Made by a program: the position numbers and the translations under genes. A stretch of 64,000 nt of DNA, taken from a virus (taxonomy: Duplodnaviria; Caudoviricetes). The notes below the pieces were generated by a model. It was not told where the DNA came from. It did not search any database and saw only the letters and a list, made by a program, of their open reading frames with translations. The stretch spans positions 4,365 to 68,364 of the IMG/VR virus record IMGVR_UViG_3300049712_000011; one strand, 5' to 3'. Positions 18,666 through 27,726 of the stretch are shown in pieces (positions within the stretch are counted from its first letter, which is position 1; every line of letters starts with the position of its first letter).

Positions 18666-19715
18666 ATGACTACAGATGGAAATATCGCAAACTTAAGAGT
18701 TATGACCCCACTACAGCCAGTTGGACAAAAGGCCGATATAGGTGTGATTATCGGAAGGTTCCAAGTTGACGCCCTTCACCAAGGCCATATCAACTTGCTC
18801 GACACTGTTTCCTCCAGGCATCACAAGGTCATTATCTTGTTGGGTGTTGCGAGGGTTCCAGGAGAGCGCGACAACGCTTTGGACTTTGATTGTCGGCGTT
18901 TGATGATCCAGGAGAAGTATCCTGAGTTCATTGTGCTGCCTCTCCCAGACTGCCGAACCAATGAAGAGTGGAGTAAGAACGTTGACTCTACTGTGCGTAC
19001 GGTGGCAGGACCTGGTCAATCTGTAATACTGTATGGTGGGCGCGACAGTTGCCTACCCTGTTACAGCGGCAAGTTTAAGATCCAAGAATTGGAAGACCCA
19101 GAGGGTACCATTTCAATGTCTGGAACTGCTGTAAGGAATCGTCTCGCTGTTTCAGTACAGGCTAGCCAAGGCTTTCGAGCTGGAGCTATCTGGGAAGCTC
19201 ACCAGAGTTACCCACGGGTGATTACCACAGTTGACGTGGCTATTGTCGATAAGGAAAAACGTCGTGTACTTCTAGCTAGGAAGCCAGGAGAGACACAATG
19301 GCGGTTCGTTGGAGGGTTTTCGGAACCCAAGTCTGCTTCCTTTGAATCTGACGCCAAACGTGAAGCAATGGAGGAGACTGGATTGGAAATTTCTGATCTG
19401 GTTTATCTCGGTAGCTTTAACGTCCCAGACTGGCGTATGAAACGAAGTGTGAACCAGATCAGAACCTTGTTCTTTGCTGGTACCTACACATTCGGCGGAC
19501 CTAAAGCCAATGATGACATCGAAGAAGTTCGTTGGTTCGCGTATGACGAGCTCTACAATGAGCATGCCAAGAAATACGTTGAGAGAGAGGCCCGAGTGCC
19601 TCTAGTAGTCCCTGAACATAAGGACCTATTTTTAGCTCTCCTTAACTTTATTAAAAGGATCGATGAAGATTATCTTTTGGCAAGACCCGAGCAGGTACGA
19701 GTTACTGAATCCTGA
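18666..19715 (+). CDS. nadM: bifunctional NMN adenylyltransferase / Nudix ADP-ribose pyrophosphatase
   Basis: IIGRFQ..LHQGH, SGTAVR, then Nudix box GGF...REAMEETG; the ORF-track start at 18498 lies in a structured leader. Confidence 0.9.
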   Translation: MTTDGNIANLRVMTPLQPVGQKADIGVIIGRFQVDALHQGHINLLDTVSSRHHKVIILLGVARVPGERDNALDFDCRRLMIQEKYPEFIVLPLPDCRTNEEWSKNVDSTVRTVAGPGQSVILYGGRDSCLPCYSGKFKIQELEDPEGTISMSGTAVRNRLAVSVQASQGFRAGAIWEAHQSYPRVITTVDVAIVDKEKRRVLLARKPGETQWRFVGGFSEPKSASFESDAKREAMEETGLEISDLVYLGSFNVPDWRMKRSVNQIRTLFFAGTYTFGGPKANDDIEEVRWFAYDELYNEHAKKYVEREARVPLVVPEHKDLFLALLNFIKRIDEDYLLARPEQVRVTES

Positions 19716-20169
19716 ACGGTATTGTGCCATGGTGAATGTCTCTGACACACCTGGCCTACTGTTCCAGAATCCACGCGTACCTTATTACTGGTTTCCTGTT
19801 CAGGAGACTGGCTATTGGGGTTACAGTCCGTTTTTCGGTGCGGCGAAGGTTTACGACCATTTCAAAGATTCAGGCAAACCCCTCATGATTCATTGTCATG
19901 GTGGGGTTTGTCGATCTCCGTTAGTCTCTTATGCTATTAATTTAGCTGAGGGTCTCACGGAACAAGAGATGGCCGCTGACTATTCACTCTACAAGGGGTT
20001 TGAGGAACACTTCCAAGTTCACATGGACCGTGGATGTATTCCTAGGGATATTGTTAACTTCCTGAAGGCCAGGAAGCAGGAGCCAGAGTATTCCATCATT
20101 GGGCTTCTGGCAAAGATCGGTTCACCAAACTTGTACCTACCAACATTCAAACAACGTAATGCCGCATGA
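19663..20169 (+). CDS. Cys-based (CX5R) phosphatase
   Basis: IHCHGGVCRS P-loop. Confidence 0.75.
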   Translation: MKIIFWQDPSRYELLNPERYCAMVNVSDTPGLLFQNPRVPYYWFPVQETGYWGYSPFFGAAKVYDHFKDSGKPLMIHCHGGVCRSPLVSYAINLAEGLTEQEMAADYSLYKGFEEHFQVHMDRGCIPRDIVNFLKARKQEPEYSIIGLLAKIGSPNLYLPTFKQRNAA

Positions 20170-20333
20170 GCAAGCACACAGGTAAACTAACCGTAAAGTT
20201 CTACTGGATTATCCCGATTCTGCTAGGAGTTAGCAGGACGGAGATTATCGGAGATCGTACAGGCAAGACTGATGCCTTTGTGTATAGCTTACACATTACC
20301 CCACTATTCCAGGTGGGATTCAATTGGAAATAA
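20166..20333 (+). CDS. small hypothetical protein (55 aa)
   Basis: MSKHTGKLTVKFYW...; coupled to neighbours. Confidence 0.45.
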   Translation: MSKHTGKLTVKFYWIIPILLGVSRTEIIGDRTGKTDAFVYSLHITPLFQVGFNWK

Positions 20334-20336
20334 AGT

Positions 20337-20525
20337 ATGAACATCTTCCTCACAGAAAATCCGACAGTAATTATCAAGATTGGAAGCTATGAACATGATC
20401 CTCGGGTAGCCGTTCAGAATGTAGCATCTAACATCGCCAAAGATCTCAATGTGGTCTTGGTGGTGACTGATGCTGAATTTGAAGCTGCCAGGGCTGGTCT
20501 TCCTTTCGTCGCAAACAAGCAATAA
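20337..20525 (+). CDS. small hypothetical protein
   Basis: 62 aa ORF in operon. Confidence 0.5.
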   Translation: MNIFLTENPTVIIKIGSYEHDPRVAVQNVASNIAKDLNVVLVVTDAEFEAARAGLPFVANKQ

Positions 20526-20531
20526 ATTAAC

Positions 20532-21959
20532 ATGAGTGTAAAAATCGAGAATCGCCTTTTCCGTCCAGTTATCGACAACCCTATTCTGGCAACAGATGCG
20601 TACAAGCTTACGCACTGGTTGCAGTATCCAAAAGATACACAGGTTGTTTACTCCTATTTGGAGAGCCGTGGTGGTGAATTCGACCATACTGTGTTCTTCG
20701 GTTTGCAGTACTTCCTGAAGCAATATCTCACCGGCCGGGTTATCACTTACCAGGACGTGGATCGTGCAGAGATTTTCACCCAGGATCTTTTCGGTCACAA
20801 CAAGTACTTTAATCGGGAAGGTTGGATCCACATCATCAATAAGTATGATGGCCGCCTTCCAGTCAGAATCTGCGCAGTTCCTGAGGGTACACGTGTTCCT
20901 GTCCATAACGTCTTGATGACGATGGAGAACACGGACGAGAACTGCCCGTGGCTTACGAACTTTTTGGAGTCGCTTCTCCTGAAGGTTTGGTATCCCACGA
21001 CGGTATGCACCTTGTCTAATGAGATCAAGCGACTCATCGGCAAGTATGCCAAGCAAACGGGTGGAAGCGTGCATCCCTTCCATTTGAATGACTTCGGCGA
21101 CCGTGGCGTATCCTCACCAGAATCCGCAGCCCTTGGTGGTGCTGCACACTTGGTTAACTTCCAAGGCACTGATACGCTTCAAGCGATTCAGATGTTGCGC
21201 GCCCTGTACAATGGCGGCAAGGATACTGGACACTCCGTGATGGCGTCAGAGCATAGTACGACGACCATCTACGGCAAGGATGCAGAGGAGGACGCATACA
21301 GGCACTTCTTACAGGTAGCTGAACCCAATAGCATTCTCTCAGTCGTTATTGACTCGTGGGATACGCTTAACGCGGTCAACTACATTCTAGGCGAAAAGCT
21401 TAAGAAGGAGATCCTGGAGCGTCCTGGACGATTGGTACTTCGTCCGGACTCAGGTACACCAGAAGAGATGGCCGTGCAGGTTACCGACCTGGCGTTCAAT
21501 CGATTCGGGGGTACCACAAATGCTGCTGGTTACAAGGAGCTCAACCCAAAGATCGGAGTTATCTATGGAGATGGTATTACGTACCGCTCCATCGGAATGA
21601 TTCTCGAGAACATGGTTAAACACAAGTATGCTGTGTCGAACCTCGTGTTTGGTATGGGTGGTGGCTTGCTCCAGCAGGTAAACCGTGACACTCAGAAGTT
21701 TGCGTTCAAATGCAGCTGGGCTAAGGTTGCCGATGAAGGCCGCGAGGTCTTCAAGCAACCAAAGACGGATTCTGGCAAGAATTCGAAGAAGGGTCGATTG
21801 AAGCTGTGCCAAACGAACTTTGGTCAGCTGGCGACATTTCAAGAAGACTTTCAGGCTGACACCCTGCAGTCTGAAAACTTGCTGGTCCCTGTGTTTGAGA
21901 ATGGAGAACTTCTGGTTGATCAGAGCCTGAATGACATTCGTCAACGGGCTGCACAGTAG
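20532..21959 (+). CDS. nadV: nicotinamide phosphoribosyltransferase (NAMPT)
   Basis: TDAYKLTH, DFGDRG, SEHST, SVVIDSWD, RPDSG, FGMGGGLLQ. Confidence 0.95.
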   Translation: MSVKIENRLFRPVIDNPILATDAYKLTHWLQYPKDTQVVYSYLESRGGEFDHTVFFGLQYFLKQYLTGRVITYQDVDRAEIFTQDLFGHNKYFNREGWIHIINKYDGRLPVRICAVPEGTRVPVHNVLMTMENTDENCPWLTNFLESLLLKVWYPTTVCTLSNEIKRLIGKYAKQTGGSVHPFHLNDFGDRGVSSPESAALGGAAHLVNFQGTDTLQAIQMLRALYNGGKDTGHSVMASEHSTTTIYGKDAEEDAYRHFLQVAEPNSILSVVIDSWDTLNAVNYILGEKLKKEILERPGRLVLRPDSGTPEEMAVQVTDLAFNRFGGTTNAAGYKELNPKIGVIYGDGITYRSIGMILENMVKHKYAVSNLVFGMGGGLLQQVNRDTQKFAFKCSWAKVADEGREVFKQPKTDSGKNSKKGRLKLCQTNFGQLATFQEDFQADTLQSENLLVPVFENGELLVDQSLNDIRQRAAQ

Positions 21960-23250
21960 TATTACACGCTGGGGTTGGAGTCACCTCTATTCTTACATCT
22001 GGATTAAAGGCGTATATCACATTAACGATATACTCCTTATAATGCGGAGCAAGAGTAGGTACTCCAATCCCAGCTTCTAGGAAAATCTTGAATAGCTCTT
22101 TCATGAGCCTACTCTGGGATTCAAAGACCTTTCTTTTAACTATGAAGGGTGTTTCAGTTCTATTGTAGTAGATAACACCGTGTTGGTAAAACTCCCCATC
22201 GTTGTCCTTTACTATCTTAGTAAGACCAATGGCGAAGTTTGTGTACTCAATTTCCTCTAAAGCCCGGTGAATGTAGTAACGATCGTTCCTACAGCTAAAC
22301 TTGGTGCCTCCAATATCAGCCTCTACAGAGCGAGCGGCAACCCAGCTAGCTACGAGTTTAGTGTCTGTAAACTTTTCAAGGTCCTCCACCTGAGACCTAG
22401 TGAGCCCTTTAAGGTGCTCTTTAATTTTCTCTAACTCACCTCTGGACTTGATGACTTCCAACGGAGAGGGATCGCATTGTACGTTTTTGCTCGTAGACCA
22501 AATCTCGATGCATTGCTTGGTAGACAACGTATCTGTAAGTTCTACTGGGCGAGTCATCCAGCTATCTACTTTGTAGTCCCAGGTACAACCACGTCTGGTA
22601 AGCAGGTCAGAAAACTTTCCTACCAAGGCTACATCAAGCTCTCCGTACCAACCTTTCTCGGCGTTTACAAAGAGGTCCTCAGATTTATCAATATCCTCGA
22701 ATGACCTGAGTTCCAGAGAGGCTAGGTGAGACGGAGTATAGTAGGTAGGAACTATGATCTTGTTAACGTGCTCATCCTTTAGTCTAAGGAGGCGCCCTAC
22801 GTCGCTACGGACTATCTTCGGAGTAATTAGGCCTACATTCAGGTAGAGTAGGAATTGCATACCCAGTTCTGTAGCTATCCTAGTGAAGAAGTCGGTCTGG
22901 CGGCCTACCTTGACTCTTTCGGTAGAGGCAGCGCCAATAGCTTCCCTCATAAGCTTGTTCCAATACAGGATCTGCCGATTACTGGAGACCAGCTTGTTTT
23001 CGATGTATTCCGAGTAGGAGAACTTGTATTCCTGGAGATCAGGCTTTTCTCGGGTAACTAGACGGTAGATACCTGTAATGCCAAGCTCTGCTCCGAGCAG
23101 ACCTACAATGTTGAATACATGGCTGTAATCTGCATTGAAACCTATCCATCCAAACTTAGGCATTTTGAGGAATGAGTATCCCTTACCACTACCAAAGTAG
23201 CTAACCACGCTAGGTAGATGGACTTTACTGTTGAGCTCGTTTACTGTCAT
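21751..23250 (-). CDS. hypothetical protein (499 aa; last about 70 codons antisense to NAMPT)
   Basis: Long ORF occupying otherwise empty space. Confidence 0.65.
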   Translation of the reverse strand: MTVNELNSKVHLPSVVSYFGSGKGYSFLKMPKFGWIGFNADYSHVFNIVGLLGAELGITGIYRLVTREKPDLQEYKFSYSEYIENKLVSSNRQILYWNKLMREAIGAASTERVKVGRQTDFFTRIATELGMQFLLYLNVGLITPKIVRSDVGRLLRLKDEHVNKIIVPTYYTPSHLASLELRSFEDIDKSEDLFVNAEKGWYGELDVALVGKFSDLLTRRGCTWDYKVDSWMTRPVELTDTLSTKQCIEIWSTSKNVQCDPSPLEVIKSRGELEKIKEHLKGLTRSQVEDLEKFTDTKLVASWVAARSVEADIGGTKFSCRNDRYYIHRALEEIEYTNFAIGLTKIVKDNDGEFYQHGVIYYNRTETPFIVKRKVFESQSRLMKELFKIFLEAGIGVPTLAPHYKEYIVNVIYAFNPDVRIEVTPTPACNTTVQPVDECHSGSDQPEVLHSQTQGPASFQTAGCQPESLLEMSPADQSSFGTASIDPSSNSCQNPSLVA

Positions 23251-23294
23251 AGATAGTTGTTGAACGCCTATTGTGTCAATGCTATATTAAGCAT

Positions 23295-24344
23295 ATGAGA
23301 TTAAGTTTGGACCAAACGACAGATTACTCTTATCAAGAGACCAATCGCTACTTGCATGGTACCGCATTGCCTGATTTTGTCAAGCAAGCAGAGGCTATGA
23401 CTAAGGAAGCATCAGCCAGCTTGCCTTCAGAAGCTTTTGCCGATCGATACCATAGAGCTTTCCCTATTGATTCTGCTCCTAATGTGTACGTCAGTAACGC
23501 TTTTTTCATCAACAAGAAAGCTGCGCTAGAGGAACTCTGGGGTAAGAACTTCATCACTGAAGTCGAGGAAAGAATCAAGAAAGCTTCAGAAATTTTCGGT
23601 ATTCAAGAAGACATCACTCGTTACAACAGCGAGTTGAACGTCAAAGAAGCTACGGACTACTCAGAAGACTTTGTAGCCTCATTTAACGTAGGTGGACAAT
23701 CCTACGAGCTATTTCCATTTAAGACCGCTGCTGACCTGTTGAAACAGGCAGAGCAATTCAACAAGAACCTAAAAAACTATCCTTTCGGATGGCGCAAAAC
23801 AATCGCTGAGAACTTTGTAAAGAAAGCAGAAGAGCTAGGCGTTTCAGAACTACCTGATACGCTCTGTAAGTACGCCGGTCTATTCTACCCTGACACTCGA
23901 TTATTCGAGACTGAGCTTAAGCGTCGTATCAATAAGATTGCGAACGAGGAAGCTAAGAAGCGTTATGAAGACTGCCTATCTAAGGTAGCCTCCGCAACCT
24001 CCAGGGATGATTACTACAATGTTTGTGCAGAAGCTTACAACATAGAGAAGAATGCAGGAGTTTATGATAAGCCCGCTGTTTTCCAACAGCTTGGTGATAT
24101 TGTAGACAAGACGTTTACGCTTTCAGTTTACAAAGTTGCAGAAGAACTTCAGAACGTAGTTCATATGGCTGGTGACGTATTCTCCATTCCAGAGTTACAG
24201 AAGATTTCCAAAGACATCTACAAAGAAGCATTCGGCGTAGATATTGATCCTATGGATACTGGAACTCTCAGAGATACATTGCCGACCATGCCTCTTTCTG
24301 ACGTTGCATTGTTTAAAGAGCTGTCCGGGGTTAGACCACTCTAA
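23295..24344 (+). CDS. putative head/scaffold-like protein rich in K-x-A motifs
   Basis: About 13 K-x-A occurrences; ATG at 23295. Confidence 0.55.
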   Translation: MRLSLDQTTDYSYQETNRYLHGTALPDFVKQAEAMTKEASASLPSEAFADRYHRAFPIDSAPNVYVSNAFFINKKAALEELWGKNFITEVEERIKKASEIFGIQEDITRYNSELNVKEATDYSEDFVASFNVGGQSYELFPFKTAADLLKQAEQFNKNLKNYPFGWRKTIAENFVKKAEELGVSELPDTLCKYAGLFYPDTRLFETELKRRINKIANEEAKKRYEDCLSKVASATSRDDYYNVCAEAYNIEKNAGVYDKPAVFQQLGDIVDKTFTLSVYKVAEELQNVVHMAGDVFSIPELQKISKDIYKEAFGVDIDPMDTGTLRDTLPTMPLSDVALFKELSGVRPL

Positions 24345-24345
24345 C

Positions 24346-24561
24346 ATGACCATTACCGTAAGAACCGGATTCGATAAAACCAAACAAGTTGAAATTTACG
24401 AGACTGTAAAGCTCACAGCAAAGCAAGCCCAAGTCTTCATCCAGGAACAAGCCACTCGCTGGCCTTACGAGAAAGCCAAAGGTTTCTCCGACGTTTATGG
24501 ATCAAAGCGTTTGCCGGCTGTGGTTAAGAAGAAGTACAAGAAATGTACGAAACGCCGCTAA
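24346..24561 (+). CDS. small basic hypothetical protein
   Basis: MTITVRTGFDK...; ATG at 24346. Confidence 0.5.
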   Translation: MTITVRTGFDKTKQVEIYETVKLTAKQAQVFIQEQATRWPYEKAKGFSDVYGSKRLPAVVKKKYKKCTKRR

Positions 24562-25118
24562 CATTTTTACGCGACCAAAATGCTCCCGGTACCGTACTAC
24601 TCGCAGTGGCTCTAGCGAAGTACGGTACCGAATGTTTTAATTGGGAACCTGAACTGCTGCGTAAAGAGATTGAAGAGGACTTCAACATTGAAATGTCCGA
24701 TCTACAATCTGACAAGCTTCAGACCGCAATTCTAATTTACACAACCGACCAGTTCGAATCTAACTGGCATGCGTTTCACGTAGGTTGTCATTTGCTCAAT
24801 AACGAATACGCTGACCACGTGGTATTCGACCAGCCACTAGAGGCCGAATATATCATTGGCGCTTTACCTGAGATTAACTTTCTTCGTGCAGACGATGGAA
24901 TCAAGTTCTCGGATGAAGTCAATGCTTATGCAGGTCTAACCTTTGCAGAATATGGGTGTGCCAAGCCACCTACTTTGTTTCCTACAGCTATTATGCCGAA
25001 AGGTTTAGTAGATGCAGAGATGGCAGAGAAAAATGCAGCTCTGGACGAACTTTATCAAGCTAAGAAAGATTCACTTGATAAGTACCTCGCCAAGGTCCAG
25101 AAAGCTTACACAATTTAA
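24543..25118 (+). CDS. hypothetical protein, probably structural
   Basis: 191 aa ORF. Confidence 0.6.
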   Translation: MYETPLTFLRDQNAPGTVLLAVALAKYGTECFNWEPELLRKEIEEDFNIEMSDLQSDKLQTAILIYTTDQFESNWHAFHVGCHLLNNEYADHVVFDQPLEAEYIIGALPEINFLRADDGIKFSDEVNAYAGLTFAEYGCAKPPTLFPTAIMPKGLVDAEMAEKNAALDELYQAKKDSLDKYLAKVQKAYTI

Positions 25119-25235
25119 GCGTCGTTAGCTCAACGGTAGAGCACCTGCTTTCTAAGTAGGAGGTTGTGCGCTATTCATTGGAGGGCCTTTGAAGCTTTCC
25201 TTTCTCGCGAGGTTCGAATCCCACACGGCGCACCA
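25119..25235 (+). tRNA. trnR: tRNA-Arg(TCT) with a 42-nt insertion in the T-stem
   Basis: Acceptor GCGTCGT/ACGGCGC, D and anticodon arms, TTCGAAT loop, CCA; T-stem GTG|GG split by 25169-25210. Confidence 0.85.
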
Positions 25236-25240
25236 AATTT

Positions 25241-25373
25241 TCGAGTTAGGTATACGTGAAAGAAATTCCCAGGAAATGTGTCGTGAAGCTGTATGCGGCA
25301 GCCGCATAGCACGACCTCCACGCTTCCCGTGTGGTCCTAGCTAGATAGACCTGAGAGCCTCATTATAACTCGA
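25241..25373 (+). ncRNA. putative structured ncRNA
   Basis: Terminal stem TCGAGTTA/TAACTCGA, long internal hairpin (GTCGTG..TATGCGGC/GCCGCATA..ACGAC). Confidence 0.45.
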
Positions 25374-25377
25374 CGAC

Positions 25378-25533
25378 AGTCAACGTGATGGAAAGATTAG
25401 ACATAGGGGTGAAGCGGACGGTGTAGGACTATCAAGACCTCCTACTGATGCTGCTGTACTAGACGGGGAAGAACCGGTACACCTCAGGCTGAAACTTGAC
25501 AACCAGCCATGCAGGCCAATCCTGCCGTTGACT
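25378..25533 (+). ncRNA. class II (Leu-like) tRNA-like RNA with an expanded anticodon domain
   Basis: AGTCAACG/CGTTGACT, ATG..CAT D-arm, GGGGTG/CACCTC enclosing 68 nt, GGCTG/CAGCC arm, GCAGG/CCTGC T-arm. Confidence 0.55.
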
Positions 25534-25540
25534 AAATTTT

Positions 25541-25714
25541 ATGTCGGAAGAACAACAGAAGAAACCTCTAGTTAATGAGGATTGTCCTGGCTGCGGGGTG
25601 CAGCCTTACAAAGGGTATTGTGATAACTGTGAGTCGATGTTTTATGACACACGACACAAGTCATCATGCAACATGAAGTACTGGCTTTCTCTAGATTGCC
25701 TGTGTGAGTACTAA
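25541..25714 (+). CDS. small Cys-rich (Zn-finger) protein, 57 aa
   Basis: CPGC, CDNC, C..C.C; not in ORF track. Confidence 0.5.
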   Translation: MSEEQQKKPLVNEDCPGCGVQPYKGYCDNCESMFYDTRHKSSCNMKYWLSLDCLCEY

Positions 25715-27447
25715 TTGATTTCTTCCATCTTGTTATAGCTTGAGCTAAAGCAGTGGAAGTAAGGATCGCTACCCCAGACGTGAGCCTGGCAAGCGACCCA
25801 GCTAAGAGTATGGAAAAAGTCGTCCGGTTTATTATCAGGATGACAATACAGAATCTTAGCTTTCAAATTATCCTCTTTCACTTCTTTGAAGATACAGAGA
25901 ATATCACTCATGTGTTCCTTCATATCCTCCCAATCAGGAAATAGGATTTGACCTTTCTTGAGAAGGCGGAATGTAAATCCCATCGTGTCTGAGCGATGTA
26001 GACACCAGCGAGTTTGATGCCAGTCAGTTGCGTCTGGCGGCACTTCTGTATACTGAATGTATTTGCTATCTCGATAGGAAACTAACTGGGTAGCTTGTTT
26101 ATTGCAGTATGCGTTGTGGTAATTACCAAGCATCGCACCACGGATGGCGTCAGGTCCAGAGTCCGCGGCTACCATAACTTCCTTACCTGACATCTCACTA
26201 TATTTCCTTGCCACACTTGCTAACTCTTGAATATTGGCCTCGTAATTGACATCTTTGAAAATCTTAGACCAAAAGATCTCGATTATGCCATCGTCTCTCA
26301 CTCCGCCTAATGTACCTACCGTTCTTGAAGAGCTTGGGTTGATGCCCCAGTCAACTCCCATGAACAAACCACGGTATAAATGCTGACGTCGCTCAAAGAC
26401 CTTATTCATAGGACCTAGGATACACAATGCCTTGAGTTCCTGTTCAGTAATGTCTTTAGCGCCCTCATCATAAGGCAGACCGAGTACTTCGTTGTAGACC
26501 TGCAACATAGAGTATTCACGCTCGAAGCACTTCTGGTAAATATCTTTCCAGTCTTCCGGACTGGCATTGTAATACGGAATAAGCGGCTGAGCTAAGTGGA
26601 ATCCGATGATCTCTCGATCTCCTGGGTTTGCATCAACCCAGCATCCTTGAGAGGAGTCCAGAACCTTAGAACACTTTGAACATGAAAATCCATGTTTTTG
26701 AATCATCTTAATTGGATTGTTGTCCTCAGTTAGAGTGTTCCAGTGATTGCACCCAGTGCATTTCATGGCCCATTCCAGCTGGTTACCACGATTCCATAAA
26801 GCCGTAATTGTATTGTCGGTGGTTAGTGGCGTTCCTGCGAAAATTTCTCGCTTGATTTTGCTAATAGCCATCGTTTCCGCGATAATGGGCAGAATGTCTA
26901 ACAACATGTCCTGTACCTCGTCGTGGATGTTGTGGTCAGTTGCCGGACCACGTGTTCGAGTGGCATCATCACTAGCGTACTTAAGAATGACGTTACTATG
27001 AGTGTCTTCCAGTTCCTTTTCAAAGACATCGTTCTTTGACAAGCCGGATACAATGCGTTTAAGTGGAGGACTTTCGAATCGTGCTGCGAGGTAGTTATGA
27101 CTAAAATACTTCGTAAACTGTTCGTTAGGCCCTACATACATCATTTTGTAATCAGGATATCTAACCATGTTCAGTGTAATAATATTACTGATCAGGGTGG
27201 ACTTGAGCGTTTTACGACTACACTTCAGAAGTAACTTCTTTGGTAAATTATCATAAATTGGCCTCATCATAGGGAACTCCCTCAGAATTTGAGGGGCTCC
27301 TTCATTATTGTAGAGATAAAGCTCGACCAACTTGGACAGAGGACTGTTCGAGAAAAGCAACTGTCTTGCTCGGAATCGCTGCTTTTGATTTCTACTCTGG
27401 AAAAGTTCAGAGACTTTGGCTAGTATATCCATATGAGGTGTAATCAC
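25711..27447 (-). CDS. terL: terminase large subunit (GpA-like)
   Basis: Walker A-like SRKTLKS, HDEVQD, Zn-ribbon CTGC..CSKC, nuclease GVDWG and DDFFH. Confidence 0.82.
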   Translation of the reverse strand: MITPHMDILAKVSELFQSRNQKQRFRARQLLFSNSPLSKLVELYLYNNEGAPQILREFPMMRPIYDNLPKKLLLKCSRKTLKSTLISNIITLNMVRYPDYKMMYVGPNEQFTKYFSHNYLAARFESPPLKRIVSGLSKNDVFEKELEDTHSNVILKYASDDATRTRGPATDHNIHDEVQDMLLDILPIIAETMAISKIKREIFAGTPLTTDNTITALWNRGNQLEWAMKCTGCNHWNTLTEDNNPIKMIQKHGFSCSKCSKVLDSSQGCWVDANPGDREIIGFHLAQPLIPYYNASPEDWKDIYQKCFEREYSMLQVYNEVLGLPYDEGAKDITEQELKALCILGPMNKVFERRQHLYRGLFMGVDWGINPSSSRTVGTLGGVRDDGIIEIFWSKIFKDVNYEANIQELASVARKYSEMSGKEVMVAADSGPDAIRGAMLGNYHNAYCNKQATQLVSYRDSKYIQYTEVPPDATDWHQTRWCLHRSDTMGFTFRLLKKGQILFPDWEDMKEHMSDILCIFKEVKEDNLKAKILYCHPDNKPDDFFHTLSWVACQAHVWGSDPYFHCFSSSYNKMEEIN

Positions 27448-27585
27448 TACAAGCGCCTGCCCGCCACTTCGGAATGCCCAATCCTCGTGATTGTAAGCGC
27501 CATGTGCGACGCAGTAACGCTGGTGGGCTCGACTTTGTTGAGCCTGCTTGATTCATGCTCGAAGAATAACAGGAGATAAACTACT

Positions 27586-27726
27586 ATGTCAAGGTCCTTA
27601 ACTGGTTACAAGTCACTTAATGCCAAGAAGAAAAAAGGGCAAAGTGAGGCTCAATCGAAGTATGTATCTAAAAATGCAGTTAGCCTCCAACGCGGCAAAA
27701 GCGGTAAGTTGGGGAAGGTTAACTAA
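27586..27726 (+). CDS. very basic 46 aa protein
   Basis: AGGAG RBS; MSRSLTGYKSLNAKKKKG...GKLGKVN. Confidence 0.5.
   Translation: MSRSLTGYKSLNAKKKKGQSEAQSKYVSKNAVSLQRGKSGKLGKVN

Noticed and set aside
20304-21944. Long antisense ORFs opposite NAMPT, the AAA ATPase, SbcC and E1 (e.g. 20304-21083, 27855-28376, 34163-34894, 50230-50814)
   Set aside because: Shadow ORFs of strongly conserved + strand genes with no recognisable motifs.
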